Made by a program: the position numbers and the translations under genes. Below are positions 1-13,000 of a stretch of 64,000 nucleotides of DNA, piece by piece (positions within the stretch are counted from its first letter, which is position 1; the number at the start of each line of letters is the position of its first letter). The notes under the pieces were generated by a model, which searched no databases, was not told the origin of the DNA, and was given only the letters and a program-made list of their open reading frames with translations. This stretch comes from Hormiphora californensis. Taxonomy: Eukaryota > Animalia > Ctenophora. Location: positions 4,836,001-4,900,000 of the forward strand of contig CM035357.1 of the NCBI GenBank assembly GCA_020137815.1, read 5' to 3'.

Positions 1-164
<164 letters not shown>

Positions 165-339
165 AGATCCTCGAGATCAAATACTATCGAGTGTGTTGTT
201 ATAGTTGTGACACTGACATTACAATATATCTTGTCTGGTTTAGACTGTCTCTCAAACTCACAGCCCCAATTCGCTCGTTACATAGCGATTCGTTTCACTT
301 GCTTGTCTCTTGAGGGTTCCAAAAATTCCCGTCTTCAGA

Positions 340-450
340 TCAGATCACATTACCCCGACCCATGATCACATCCCTTAGCTGAGGATCAGATCACCACACT
401 GAGGATCAGATCACCACACTGAGGATCAGATCACCCTACTTAGAGGATCA
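340..450. repeat. 20-bp minisatellite (ctgaggatcagatcaccaca)
   Basis: About 4-5 tandem, partly degenerate units. Confidence 0.8.
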
Positions 451-1163
451 GCGACGGGTCCTTGTCCCCTTTTCGGCCGAAGGCCGAATTGCATCGACTA
501 TTTTTGTATAAACAGCTGTTTGACCGTTTTTTACTATAAACGATTGACAATCGTCGATTGTTTAAACAGATTTCAGATCGATCGATTTCAGATCGATTCA
601 ATTGCTTGTACATGAATGCCTACATGACAGCATCGAGTCTCGAATTCAATACAGTCTCTTGCATGACTCATCAATTGTTGCCCTAATTAATGCTTTGTGT
701 TACCTGTGAGTGCTAGCACAAAATAGAACATGGTAAGCCAGCCCATGGTTTAGTTCTTGCTCCTCCGCTCAACTCAATTCATATTCCCAAACTCTTTTGA
801 TATTTTATTATTTTCTACAAAACCATAAGGGTTAAACATTTGAACAAATTAAATGATCAATCAATCAATTATCAATTTTACTAGGGCGATTTACACAAAT
901 AAAAACTTCACAATTCACGCCCGGCAAACATCCTGATAGCGACGGATCAATCACACTGACCAGCTTACACGCTAGCATGCCCTTCCGACCTTACCATACC
1001 GGTGCTTAAGTGTGAGCAAGATACGTGATCCAGACGATCCGCGAGTGTACTATTCATCATGACCTCACAGTACTGTCACATACAGTACATGATACACAAA
1101 AACATACACATAAAATATACACAAAAATACAGCCTAGTACATGGAACAAATATGTACCTATAA

Positions 1164-1349
1164 GGGGCCATTCAAAAAGGATGTCCATGATTTTTGGTAA
1201 TTTTTTACCCCCCCCCCCCCTCCCTCCCCCTGTCCAGGCCTGTCCGAATTTGCCAGACCCCCACCCTCCCCTGTCTTGGTAACGTCCGTGGTAATGTCCG
1301 AAATTGGCTACCTCCCCCCTCCACTTGGACGTCCTTTTTTAATCGCCCC
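1164..1349. mobile_element. Tourist/PIF-Harbinger-like MITE
   Basis: Imperfect TIRs GGGGCCATTCAAAAAGGATGTCC / GGACGTCCTTTTTTAATCGCCCC, with TAA on both sides (1161-63, 1350-52). Confidence 0.7.
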
Positions 1350-1763
1350 TAAGTTACAATGATTATCAGCATATTCTAAATTCTGATTTCTTGCGAGCTT
1401 GTTGACAATCTTGTCCTCCTTTACAATAACAATATTGTCCAAGATACGATTTCCCAGGAAAGTCATCCCTACATGATTATCCGACCTCGATCGTTTCCCG
1501 CCAAGATCATCTATTAATAGACAAAGATCTATTTTAGATAATAATACCGTTGATATCATCAGATTTGCTGGTCACGCACAGTTGTCACTATAGCAACTTT
1601 AGGCTGACTTTATTTAGCTGCCAGAGGAATCCAATAATTGGGTATCTATAATTGTGCTTAGTCCGGTATAGATATTTCCCACAATTGACAGAGAGAAATA
1701 GAGGGAAAGAGAGAGAGAGATGGAGAGGGAGAGAGAGAGAGGGAGAGAGAGAGAGAGAGAAAG

Positions 1764-1812
<49 letters not shown>

Positions 1813-2738
1813 ACTTAACACGCTGGGCTATTGTCCTGCACGCCTCATGATGCCAGTTTTCTCTCCCCCTATATCTCTCTCTCTCTCTCTCCTATGATTG
1901 TGGCATGCTTGTGGGAATTAGGTAACGACCTCCCGACTTCCCATGCCGTGATAAGTACTGGTCGTGCACTGACTTACAATTACCAGTTCCTTGCTGATCA
2001 AAGTTCATAGGCACATCATGGCTGGATCAGTGTGTTGAATGTTCATTGAATCTATATTTTGTTCATTGTTGAATCCCCTAACAGTTGAATTGAATAAAGG
2101 GTGTCTCATGACCGGTCATGACCTAAAGTCAGCAAACTGTGAAATTTGTTGGTAGTTCGACCTGCACTGTATAATAGTGGCGCCATTTGATTCTTAGACA
2201 GACAGGACCTGCATCTGTTTTAAGTGTGCTAAAGTGATTCATGTCTCATTAATATGTACAGAGTGTTGAAAAGTGTGCAACTTTAAACTTTCACAGCTCT
2301 CTATCGCTCTCGCTATCTCGTGCTTATATCTTGCTGTTTGTAAGTACAAACTATCTAGTTAGTTTGTGAATTGTGGTTCTCGTTTTTCATAGCTCTCTCG
2401 TTTAGTACAGTACAACCTCGTTTCCTTCTCTTACTATCCGGCCAATACATGCACGTGGTCGTAAAGCTTGGCACTCTATTGCATTATAGTCGATCTATGA
2501 AGTTCTGCACTATTTCCGGCTTCAGCTACTGTGGACTGATTTGTCAACCTGTCGTTGGACTTGAAGTATAGTTTATTTAGTTCAGTTCTTTTCCCATTAG
2601 TTCAGTTCTTTCTCAATCTCAATTTCCGGCCATTCTGGGAATCTGGAATATATCAGTGTGGATCAGCTCTGAATATAACGACAGCTTTCCTTCTGTGTTA
2701 ACTACTTGACCCTAGCATGTAGGACAATGGGATGGGTC

Positions 2739-2819
<81 letters not shown>

Positions 2820-2977
2820 TTTATTAATGGCCATAGTAGCTGCTGGTCCCTTGAGATCTGTCCTTCATCCAATTCCATTTTCCTAACCCATTTATACATT
2901 CCTTCAAGATCATGTGGAGGGAGAGAGAGGGATAGAGAGAGAGACTAGAGAGGGGAGAGAGAGAGAGAGAGAGAGAG

Positions 2978-3099
<122 letters not shown>

Positions 3100-3202
3100 A
3101 TGCGAAAACATCATATAAGTTTATGACCTGACGCTCTCGACCTGGTATAAATTAATGTCCAAAGTAGTTGCTTTCCCCCTCTCTACTCTCCCTCCCTCTC
3201 TC

Positions 3203-3233
<31 letters not shown>

Positions 3234-3402
3234 CCCTCTAGTCTCCCTCTCTCCCTCTCTATTTTATTGTTACCTGCAGTCTCAACACCATTTGATCTTG
3301 TCCATCTACGTTAAAACTATTAGGTGTATAACTACTACCAGTACTGCAGCATTTACATCAATGACATCACACCTGATCACGTACCGTTACCTAGTAAAAC
3401 TA

Positions 3403-4751
3403 TTGGTATCGAAGACACCTCACACTCTGTGGCAAGGGGTTGTTGTTGTTGTATGCGCCTCCGCTTCCAATCCTCTACTTGTGATTTTATCCCGTCCGGC
3501 AGCCAGTTCCTCACGCCCGAGAAGGACGGAGCTCAGGTTCCAGAGTTTCCTCTTTCCCCCGGGAGAGTTTTCTTCCTCCGTCTTATGTCCATGGTTTTGG
3601 AGATAAGGGTGGAATCGTCTCCCATAACTATCTTAACAGGTCCCATGAAGAGGACCGCACCAGCACTGTTTTCACATTGTGCCAGTCTCGGATATCTCCA
3701 GCGACCCTTGGTGAGTGGCATCTCAGCATTGATCGCTCTAGATGTGGCCTTGGCTAGGACAATTCGGACGCTCCATTGACTATGGCACCTTTGTAGATTT
3801 TGCGCTGCCAACCTCTGATTTGTAATCAGTACTCCATGTGGGTTCATGGAACATCACTTTTTGTTCGTGATGCAGATGCAGCGTCCGGCCGTTCATGGGG
3901 TAGTTAGGGCAGGTTCCTTCCCAATTAACGGAACTCTGGCGTGTGAAATGTTTAGTGGGTTAGGTATCTATGTGCGTCACTCATAGAAATTTGTTTTGTA
4001 GCATGGGATAGTGGTTTGTTCTGTTTGTTGATCAGGTTTTTGTGGAGGCTTGTTTGTTGGTAGAGAGTGATGATGTTGGTTTGTTACCTTCATCGTTTGG
4101 GGGGTAATCGCCATTTCGGAATCTCCTACGCTTCTCATGGACTTTTGAAGAAGCGTAGGTAGTAGCGAGGCTACTGGTTAGTGTAGTTTCTCCCTGTTGG
4201 GCTACGGAAACACCCCTTGAGTTTATCTCGACCTCGGCGTGGGAATTTTGCCGAGAGTCGGTGGTAGCTAACCAGTTATGACCTAGCTTGTTAGACCTTT
4301 TATACCTGTCCAGAGGCTAGGTGGACAGAAGGTAGAGGGGGGCCAGTTGAGATTAGACCTCCTCCAGCCTGGACTTTTGCTGGAGGACGGGTTTTGGCCG
4401 GTATTTAGCCATCTACTTTGGCCCAGTGCACAAGGCTGGGGAGATGGTGTAATACCGGCCGGGGGGTATCTCTATTCAGAGAGAGATGAGTCATGAGCGG
4501 ATTAGAGAAAGGAAGAGAGAAAAACACACCACCCAAGGAGGGCAGCTCTGTTTCCTTGGAGTGGTATGTGAGATGCTCCAGGCAGTTCAAGAGCTTCATG
4601 GTTTACCCCGGGGTATGCCGGGTCACCCCTGAAGATTCCCTGCCTGGGACACTATTGCTATCTAAAAAAATAGACATTAGCCGCGGCCTGCATCTCAAGG
4701 GCGTGGGAAGGAATCTCACCCTCCTGTGGCAAGGGGTAACTTCGTAACCAA
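3403..4751. mobile_element. Mini-MITE of the TTGGTTACGAA...TTCGTAACCAA family, split by a LINE insertion
   Basis: Ends ttggtatcgaag / cttcgtaaccaa; perfect 9-bp TSD gtaaaacta at 3394-3402 and 4752-4760. Confidence 0.75.
3441..4723 (-). mobile_element. 5'-truncated, degenerate non-LTR retrotransposon (LINE 3' end)
   Basis: (CAA)n tail on the minus strand at ~3441-3452; 13-14-bp TSD ctgtggcaagggg(t) at 3427 and 4724. Broken frames give a KQCWCG zinc-knuckle-like remnant and an RNase H-like TGIKG remnant. Confidence 0.6.
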
Positions 4752-6436
4752 GTAAAACTAAGCAGAAACTTTAAACTACTTCGTTGATTCGTTTGTTGGC
4801 TGCATATCGCCAATTTAATTTGAAGGGAAGCAAAGTAATTACAATGTCTGACGGCGCCAAACCCCTGATCCTGGAAAGTAAATTGATGGTTAGGTCTGTT
4901 TTCCACCAAATGGGGGAGGGGGGTATATGTAATGGTACGCCGCGGGTCTGTACCATTTGTTTATGTAGTGCATCTAATACACTCAGGCCCATCTGCCGAA
5001 ACACACAATAATACATTCACATGATAGTTGTTGATATTTGGTATAAACATATCCGTTGTTTTGAACAACTACGACATTTTTCTTGCATGCATTGAGCCAG
5101 TGTTTAAGTGTTTAGTATAACTTTATACCTCCCATTTATTTCCTTGAGTGGTCCCTCCTCATGGGGCTAAAATATCGAGAGATCCAAACATTAGCACCAG
5201 GAAGTTCTACCCCTCCTCTATAATAATGGTATCCTACTCCATCTTACTGCATCTCAGGGGGATCCAGGGGGACCTCATCATCATCACACTAGGGTGGGAT
5301 ACAAAGAAATCCAGGAAGTGATGCGTGTCAGTATAATCCATGAGTGCTGGAAAACACCCTTGCTATGGAAATGTCCCATGTGGCTAGTACTTGGTAGTAC
5401 TTGGATACGTTTTGGTAGCCACATGGAATAAACCAGCTTTCTAAAAAGTGGCAACTTTTTGTCTCATTCAGGCATTTTTAGTTGGTGAACGTTCTTTTAG
5501 ATCTGCGATCACGATCGCTTCGCCGTCCGAGTCTCTATAGTGAGGCAGTCTCTATAATAGTGAGGGAGTGCAGCAGTTTACAGATATAGATCAAAATGTA
5601 GATGCAATGATGCAATGATGCATCATGCAGAAATACAGCTCAAATTGCAAATGAAGCTTCGACCTAAATGTGCATACATGTCCAGCACATGTAAATAGAT
5701 ACTACCCAATTTGTAGTACTACATATATGTAGATCAGTAACAACAAGTATTATATAGCTGAAGTAGACACAGCTCCCTGTGTCTCTGTAGTAGTAGGTGA
5801 TAATAGATGTATTATCGTAGCACCTGATTTGACTGTTTGTCTATTTTCTGTAGACTCTATAGCCCTACATTCACAGCTCTGATTTCCCTCAAGAGACACC
5901 CACGTTTTTAGTTCTTGTTTGTGAGATTTTTACCCAGCTGATAGAACAACGTCTAATTTAAGTCACGATTAACGCAGATACTTTCATTACCTATCACGTC
6001 AATATAAATGACAATAATATGAGTGTCATCTAATGTTGTATGATCATATGCGGTTATGCAGTCATGTGCATTCGTTAAATATGAGAATTTCCCGAAGATT
6101 CGCCTGATCGCCAATTATAGACTTTATTTTAAGCTAATTTCTCATAATCTCTCTCCTTAGTTTGAGGTATAACATGTTCTGCCAACGCGTCTGTTATGAA
6201 AATGTGATTTCTTGTGCTCTCTCATGTGCTACTCAGTAAGCTATTTCAACGAAATTTATTTTAGTTTACATCTCCATTTGTTCTTTTAGTTTTAATAAAT
6301 GCAACTAAATATGTATTAGCATTGACCAGTTCTGAGTGCCCAAAATTCACCATTTATTACTTGAAAAAGAAAAGTACGATTGTCCTGCAAATTATCCCAA
6401 GGAGTCGACAACCTGCACACCAGCTATCAATTTGAT

Positions 6437-6590
6437 AAGTCCAAAAACCAATTAAATAAATTAGTTTGGATGCCCGGGCCCATGTGGTGTCACGGGGGTA
6501 ACACCTTTAGGCTACTGCCATAATTAACGGCATATCTCGTTAATTGTTAATTGTTATCCTTCAATCTTTCTATCTCTATCTATCTCTCTC

Positions 6591-6642
<52 letters not shown>

Positions 6643-6868
6643 TATTTCTCTCTCACTGTTTCTTTCACTATATCTCTCTTTTTTCTCTCTCCTCTTATTT
6701 ATCTCTCCGTCTTTCTTGATTATATCTCACTCTTTCTATCCTAATTTCTTTTGCCTTTATCTCTCTCGATATCCATCATTTATGACAGTAGCCTAAAGGT
6801 GTTACCCCCGTGACACCACATGGGCCCGGGCATCCAAACTAATTTATTTAATTGGTTTTTGGACTTAA
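6437..6868. repeat. ~86-bp inverted repeat pair (transposon-end-like) flanking a CT tract
   Basis: 6437-6522 is the near-perfect reverse complement of 6780-6868. Confidence 0.75.
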
Positions 6869-6939
6869 TTTCTGTTCTTTTTGGTGTTAAATAGAAAAAG
6901 CTATTTTTTCTGATTTCTGCATATTTTCGAACTTGAATA

Positions 6940-7930
6940 CTTAGTTCATAAACATGCGAATAACGACTTAACGGTGAGAGATACGACTTTTTGTCAGGGT
7001 GACGACCCCCCATAAAACGACTATTCTGCGCCGGAATATGTCCATGAAAACGTTCTAGGACCAGCCGAAGTGGAAATATTAAGAATATGCATTAAATCAT
7101 GAATCGGTGCATAAATATGCAAATAACGGCTTAACGGTGCCAGATAGAGATTTTTGTCCCGAGTAAGACCCCCCATAAATCGACTATTTTGCGTCGAAAT
7201 ATCTCCATGAAAACGTTCTAGGATCAGCCGAACTGGAAATATTCAGAATATGCATTAAATCATGAATCGGTGCATAAATATGCAAATAACGGCTTAACGG
7301 TGCGAGATACGACTTTTTGTCCGGAGGACGACCCCCCCATAAATCGACTATTTTGCGTCGAAATATGTCCATGAAAACGTTCTAGGACCAGCCGAAGTGA
7401 AAATATTGAAAATATGCATAAAATCGTGAATAGGTGCATAAATATGCAAATAACGGCTTAACGGTGCGAGATAGAGATTTTTGTCCCGAGTAAGACCCCC
7501 CATAAATCGATGATTCCGCGTCGAATAAGACCGGTTTTAAGATTCTATGACCTTCGAGTCGTGTCATAATCGCGACCATGGTTTAAATGAATATTTACTG
7601 AACTAATTAATGATAATTAATGAACTATGGCGATTTTGAAGTTCTACACAGCTATTACCGCAGCGCAATGTGTGTAAGGAACCAATGTTCCAAACGGCAA
7701 GTCTCTACTATTTGTGGTTTAGGAGAACACTCAAGATAAAAAGCGTCCTCCCCCTCCCCTCCCCCCTCCCCCTCCCTCCTACTTTTTTTTGCATTTGGGA
7801 CCCCTCTGGCAAATTTTTACCTTACTCTCCGATCGTTCTGAAAATTTGTATGCCTCTTCTCCTATATGAGGGCACTCAGAGTACAAAATTTCAGCTCTCT
7901 ACTTCATCTGGAACATGCTTTTTTAAAAGC
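6940..7930. mobile_element. Non-autonomous element body with tandem subrepeats; the 7640-7930 part recurs inverted at ~58100-58320
   Basis: Recurring blocks gcaaataacggcttaacggtg...gaccccccataaatcgac. The motif gttccaaacggcaagtc...ctatttgtggtttaggagaacact is shared in reverse with ~58250-58300. Confidence 0.6.
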
Positions 7931-10037
7931 ATCAAAACCTCGAAATCTGCAATGGTATATAGTAGCACTGGCAGGTTTTCACGCGCTTGTGTGTAGAAGT
8001 GTTGCGTGTGCTCTCTCTTTTGTTTTTTGAGTTAGAGGGTATTTCTAAGGTGGGGGCACCCCCCCTTTTGGGCCCGGGGCACTTGCCAGTGCTATGATTT
8101 ATTTTCAACACCAGGTGAAATATATTTCCATTATTCAATCTGGTCTGTATACAGCTACTATTGCAGCTGAGTCACACCTGTGAGCAGCTGCTAGAGAACT
8201 CACAAAATCCTGAAATTAATCTTCGACACACATCAATCAACTTAGAACTGTCATATACCTTAGAAGTGAGGATTTGGGAGATGGGAGAGAGAGAGAGAGA
8301 GAGAGAGAAGAGAGAGAACGTATCTAAGCATATATATAATAGACAGTAGAGCGAGATCTCTCTCTCTCGCTCTCTCTCTCTCTAGTCTACCTCTACCTAG
8401 CTATCTCAACGCTCTCATCCTCTCTCGCTCTCTCCTCATCCCCTCCTCTCTCTCGCTCTATCAGAGAGACGCTCTATATTCTCTATCTCTCTTCTCTATC
8501 TCTATAGCTCTGCTCTCTACCTCCCGCTATTCCTCACTCTCGCTCTTCCCTCCAGATTCTAACGGAGTGCATTTGGATGCTGTTGATGATGGTGTATCAA
8601 TTCTGAAGAGTGTCCTTCGCTTGTGCCATGTGACCCTGTATCGCGGAATATGTGACCGAATCAAGACAGAGTCTGTACTAGTTTACATAGGTTTGGAGAG
8701 ATGTCTTCATCAGTTCTACTATAGTGTTGATTCCGAGAGACATACAGTCATGCTGGCATTATGCCCAAATCAACATGCTCAAATCATAATTATGTTACAT
8801 GTCATGCTGATATATATCTCCTTTATTAATCAAACTGCATGTCTTGGTCTTTTGTTTAGCAACACCATGTCATATGGTCTGATATTATTTGGGTCGATAT
8901 ATAGGGTCATTTAGATGCACTAGTCCGAGTATTAATAATGTGGTCATTGCATACTACTGCAGTTGATGTATGGCAATTGAAGATTGAAGATTAACAATGA
9001 AGTCTAGTCACACTACATGCATTTGATTTTGCATTGTGTACCGTGTGATTTAGAAGCTCCAATGTTCACGTGTCTAGAAATGTGTTTAGACAATATCACC
9101 CTACTATTGATTCCAAATGATATTTGATTGAAAGTGCATCTACATTGATTGAAGATTATTTCAGTTATTTTAGTGCCCCAATGTACTATAGTTTATGATT
9201 TTGTAATATATTTTGAAACAGCTGGTTCCCCGTATCAGTGCGTCACATATCATTTGAACACCAAGAATTGAAAGAAACTGATACCTTTCATAACCTTACC
9301 ACTGGCATTTCTGATCTTTTTGGGACACCTTGCTGAAGTTGTTGAACATACACACTTCATAGTTTTAATAGCCATGCGTCGGCGGGAGTTTTGGATTCTT
9401 AGCCATGTTTCGGTGGGAGTTTTGGATTTTTTGGATCGCGGTAAATATCATCAGCTGTGTTTCAAAAGTGGGCATGTTTGTCATAGCAGGTCATTATTCA
9501 TTGCCTAGTTACTGCAGCCTAGCTGTCTCTTATTCAATTTATATTTAATAGCTCGTGGTAAATGGGTTAATCTGACGAATCATTTCGGCGTAATAACATC
9601 TGCAGATTTGATATGTTGATGAGTTGTTTAACCACATTTATCTTTGTCTAAAAACTCATTATATTCAATCTTCCCTCCCCGGCATATATTCAGTTACGTC
9701 ATTAGTAATATATTGTGGGGGAGAAGTCCTTGTTGAGATGTGGATGTACTTAATTTCGTTATTCACGACATTTAGTTTTCTATTCCTTCAACGCGTCACA
9801 CCGACACATACCAGGCTGTGTTGCAGATGTCTGTTATATGATGTAATTTAGGTTGTCAACAGGGCCGAGTCAAAGTAATTTACCTCCAGTTTGTTTCTTT
9901 TTAACTATTAATTATGTTGTAACTCTTTTGTAGCTAAAGAGAGATTTGAGAAACAGAACCGCTCCAGAATCTCAATACCAGAATATTGGAATATTGGAAT
10001 CAGAATGTGAATACATACATGATATTTCTGTGAAGAC

Positions 10038-13000
10038 ATGCGCCTTCTATGTCTCATCCTTCTCTTTCCTGTGCTTGTCCGGGCGGGTGAAGAATGGCCC
10101 CATTTCAAGGTGGCCGCAATCGTTGAGAACATGGGAGATGGAAGTGATGATTCCTGGCCGAGACTTGCGAATGAGTCACTTATTGTTGCTAAGAATCTGA
10201 TCAAGGAGAGATTGGGGATCAGTCTGGATTTGAGATTTGTCTTCTCAAAGTGTAACACAAAGATTGGTCTTATTGAAACTACCAAGTGTCTCATTGATCA
10301 AAATTTGGTTGAAAACGATTCGGAGACCGAGTAAGTGGCGAATGAGTGTTTGTTTCAAAACCATAGAAGTTATTTGTTGGTCTAACTCAAAGTTTCAACG
10401 CCAAGAGTGCTAATTCAACCATAACTTTTACTAACTGCATTGTTTTCAGTGAGCGTGTAGACGTGTTTGTTGGCCCAGGATGCTCAGAAGTTTGCAAAAA
10501 TACCGCGTACATTGCCTCCAAAGAGGGATTCAACGTCCCAATGGTAAACAATATCTAAATGATTTGTTAAATATGTTTAGTTCTGATATCATATCTGATG
10601 TCTTATCTCCCCAAATTCCCTTCCCATATCTTCTATCCCCCCAAACTCCCTCTCCATATATCCTATCCCCCCAAACTCCCTCTCCATATATCTTATCCCC
10701 CCAAACTCCCTCCCCATATCTCGTATCTCCCCAAACTCCCTCCCCATATCTCGTATCTCCCAAACTTCCTCCCCAGATCTCGTATCCCCAAACTCCCTCT
10801 CCAGATCTCCTATCTCCCCAAACTCCCTCCCCATATCCCCCCAAACTCCCTCCCCAGATCTCCTATCCCCCCCAAACTCCCTCCCCATATCTCGTATCTC
10901 CCAAACTCCCTCTCCAGATCTCCTATCCCCCCAAACTCCCTCCCCAGATCTCTTACCTACCCCCAAACTCCCTCTCCAGACCTCTTACCTACCCCCAAAA
11001 TCCCTCTCCAGACCTGTTATCTCCCCCAAACTCCCTCCCCAGATCTCCTATCCACCCAAACTCCCTCTCCAGATCTCCTATCCCCCAAACTCCCTCCCCA
11101 GATATCCTATCCCCCAAACTCCCTCCCCAGATCTCCTATCCCCCCAAACTCCCTCTCCAGATCTCCTATCCCCCCAAACTCCCTCTCCATATCTCCTATC
11201 CCCCCAAACTCCCTCCCCATATCTCGTATCTCCCCAAACTCCATCTCCAGATCTCCTACGCGTGCACACTGGACAGTTTGAGTGACCGGAACGATTACAG
11301 TACCTTTGCCCGGACGGTTCCCAGTGTGGGGTCCAATGCTGTTCCCATGATTACCATTATCAAAGAAATGGAATGGGAACGGGTGGGAATAATTTACAGA
11401 AACATTGGACTTTACGAGGTAAGAGCAATGAGCAAATTGTCGTCTTGTCGAGTTCAGTCGTTCGATATCATTTTAAATTTCACCCTGGAGAAGAATGGAT
11501 AGAGGGAATTGATATTAATAGTATAGATACAGATAAACTTTTTGCTCTACATATTTAAGTTTCAACATCCCCTATTTCAGGAGGCTGCTGCCAGTTTGAA
11601 AAAGGAGCTGGAGAAAAGTCTTGGATCTGATCCAACAATGGAGTTTGGGTTTCAGGTCAGTTGTACTGTGTATTGTTTCTAGGTATTCGTCTTGACGCGG
11701 CTCCGATAAGAAACATGGCTTGAAGCCAAGCAAGGTGTGCTGCGTATCAGATACACTATTCCTAGGATAAACAGCTACACGATCAGACTGCAGAGAGAGA
11801 GAGAGCCTACTTGAAATCCTTGGTTACGAAATAACCCCTCTCCGGGCGACCTTCGCGCGCGCTGGCAAGGGGTAACTTCGTAACCAATTGAAATCCTTCC
11901 AGGTGAAATGTTACAAAGTTTGGTATTTTGATGATGACGATAAAGACGAGAAGATTGCCACTGCTAAGGACATTAGAGATGAGTGTAAAGACGAAGTTAG
12001 AGGTTGGTTATATAATATATAGCTACCCCTCTTCCGAGAGCCATTATGGATATGTAGAGACTGATATTATACTTGACCAAGTAGTGATATCAACTCGTAG
12101 TGTCATTCTTTTCAAGCAACTAACATATCTTCATTTCAGTTTTCATAATCCTGGCGTATGATTCGAATGTTATTGATTTCCTGAAGCTAGCTTACGAAGA
12201 TACCTCGTTTCCTTATTCTGAATCTGCTTTTATTGCGCTGGAAGTTACTCAGACCACCGTGACCGAAGGTATTATAGCTTTTAAACGGTTGTATCAATTA
12301 ATTTAGATAACATTTCGAGGAGAATTATGAGCCATTAATTATATATCTTGATCCCAATCTTTCGATCTCTGCACATATATCTGATATTACTATTACTGTA
12401 CTCATATTCATAATAATCCGTCGAAATCGTGTATAAAATTTGACAAAACATAAAATTTATAGGGGCAATGTAATTCCTTCACTAAATGGTAGTAATAGGT
12501 CCACCCTACGTAGGCCTACCACCAAACGAAAGTTTACCAACCAACTCCATGGGGGGAGGTCCGATAATTGGCCTTAATTGACACCTGTATTTTCAGTATG
12601 GGTCCAAAACCATAAGTACCCTTAGAATAGGAGTAGAGAAAAAACCAAGGGCATTAAAGTGATCAGCGTCCTCGCATTAGTGGGGGTAGGTGCTGGAATC
12701 AAGTCTCTATCTCATCAGGTTAATTAGATATTTGGATAATTAGATATGTGCATAACCGTATTTTGGCTATATGGCTATAGCCACTTAGGAATGGTTTAGA
12801 GACTTTTCACTGGTGCCATTTTGTAGGCAATGGTCAAGTTATGGGGGGTCGACGTCGGACTTTTAAGCTCTATTTTTAACCGTTTAGCCGTTATTCGGCT
12901 TTAAAAGTGCTCAAAATGAGCAAAAAATGGTAAAAAGCCCGATTTTTAGCACCTTTAAAGCCGAATAACGGCTAAACGGTTGGAGATAGAGCTTAAAAGT

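Noticed and set aside
6940-7530. CRISPR-like regularly spaced repeats
   Set aside because: The intervening sequences are themselves repeated, the context is eukaryotic and there are no cas genes.
4760-9900. Scattered short ORFs and possible small exons upstream of the cyclase
   Set aside because: No consistent exon chain or recognisable protein motif could be built.
10480-11502. 340-aa extensin-like ORF
   Set aside because: Read-through of an intronic repeat; only 11251-11418 matches the cyclase family.
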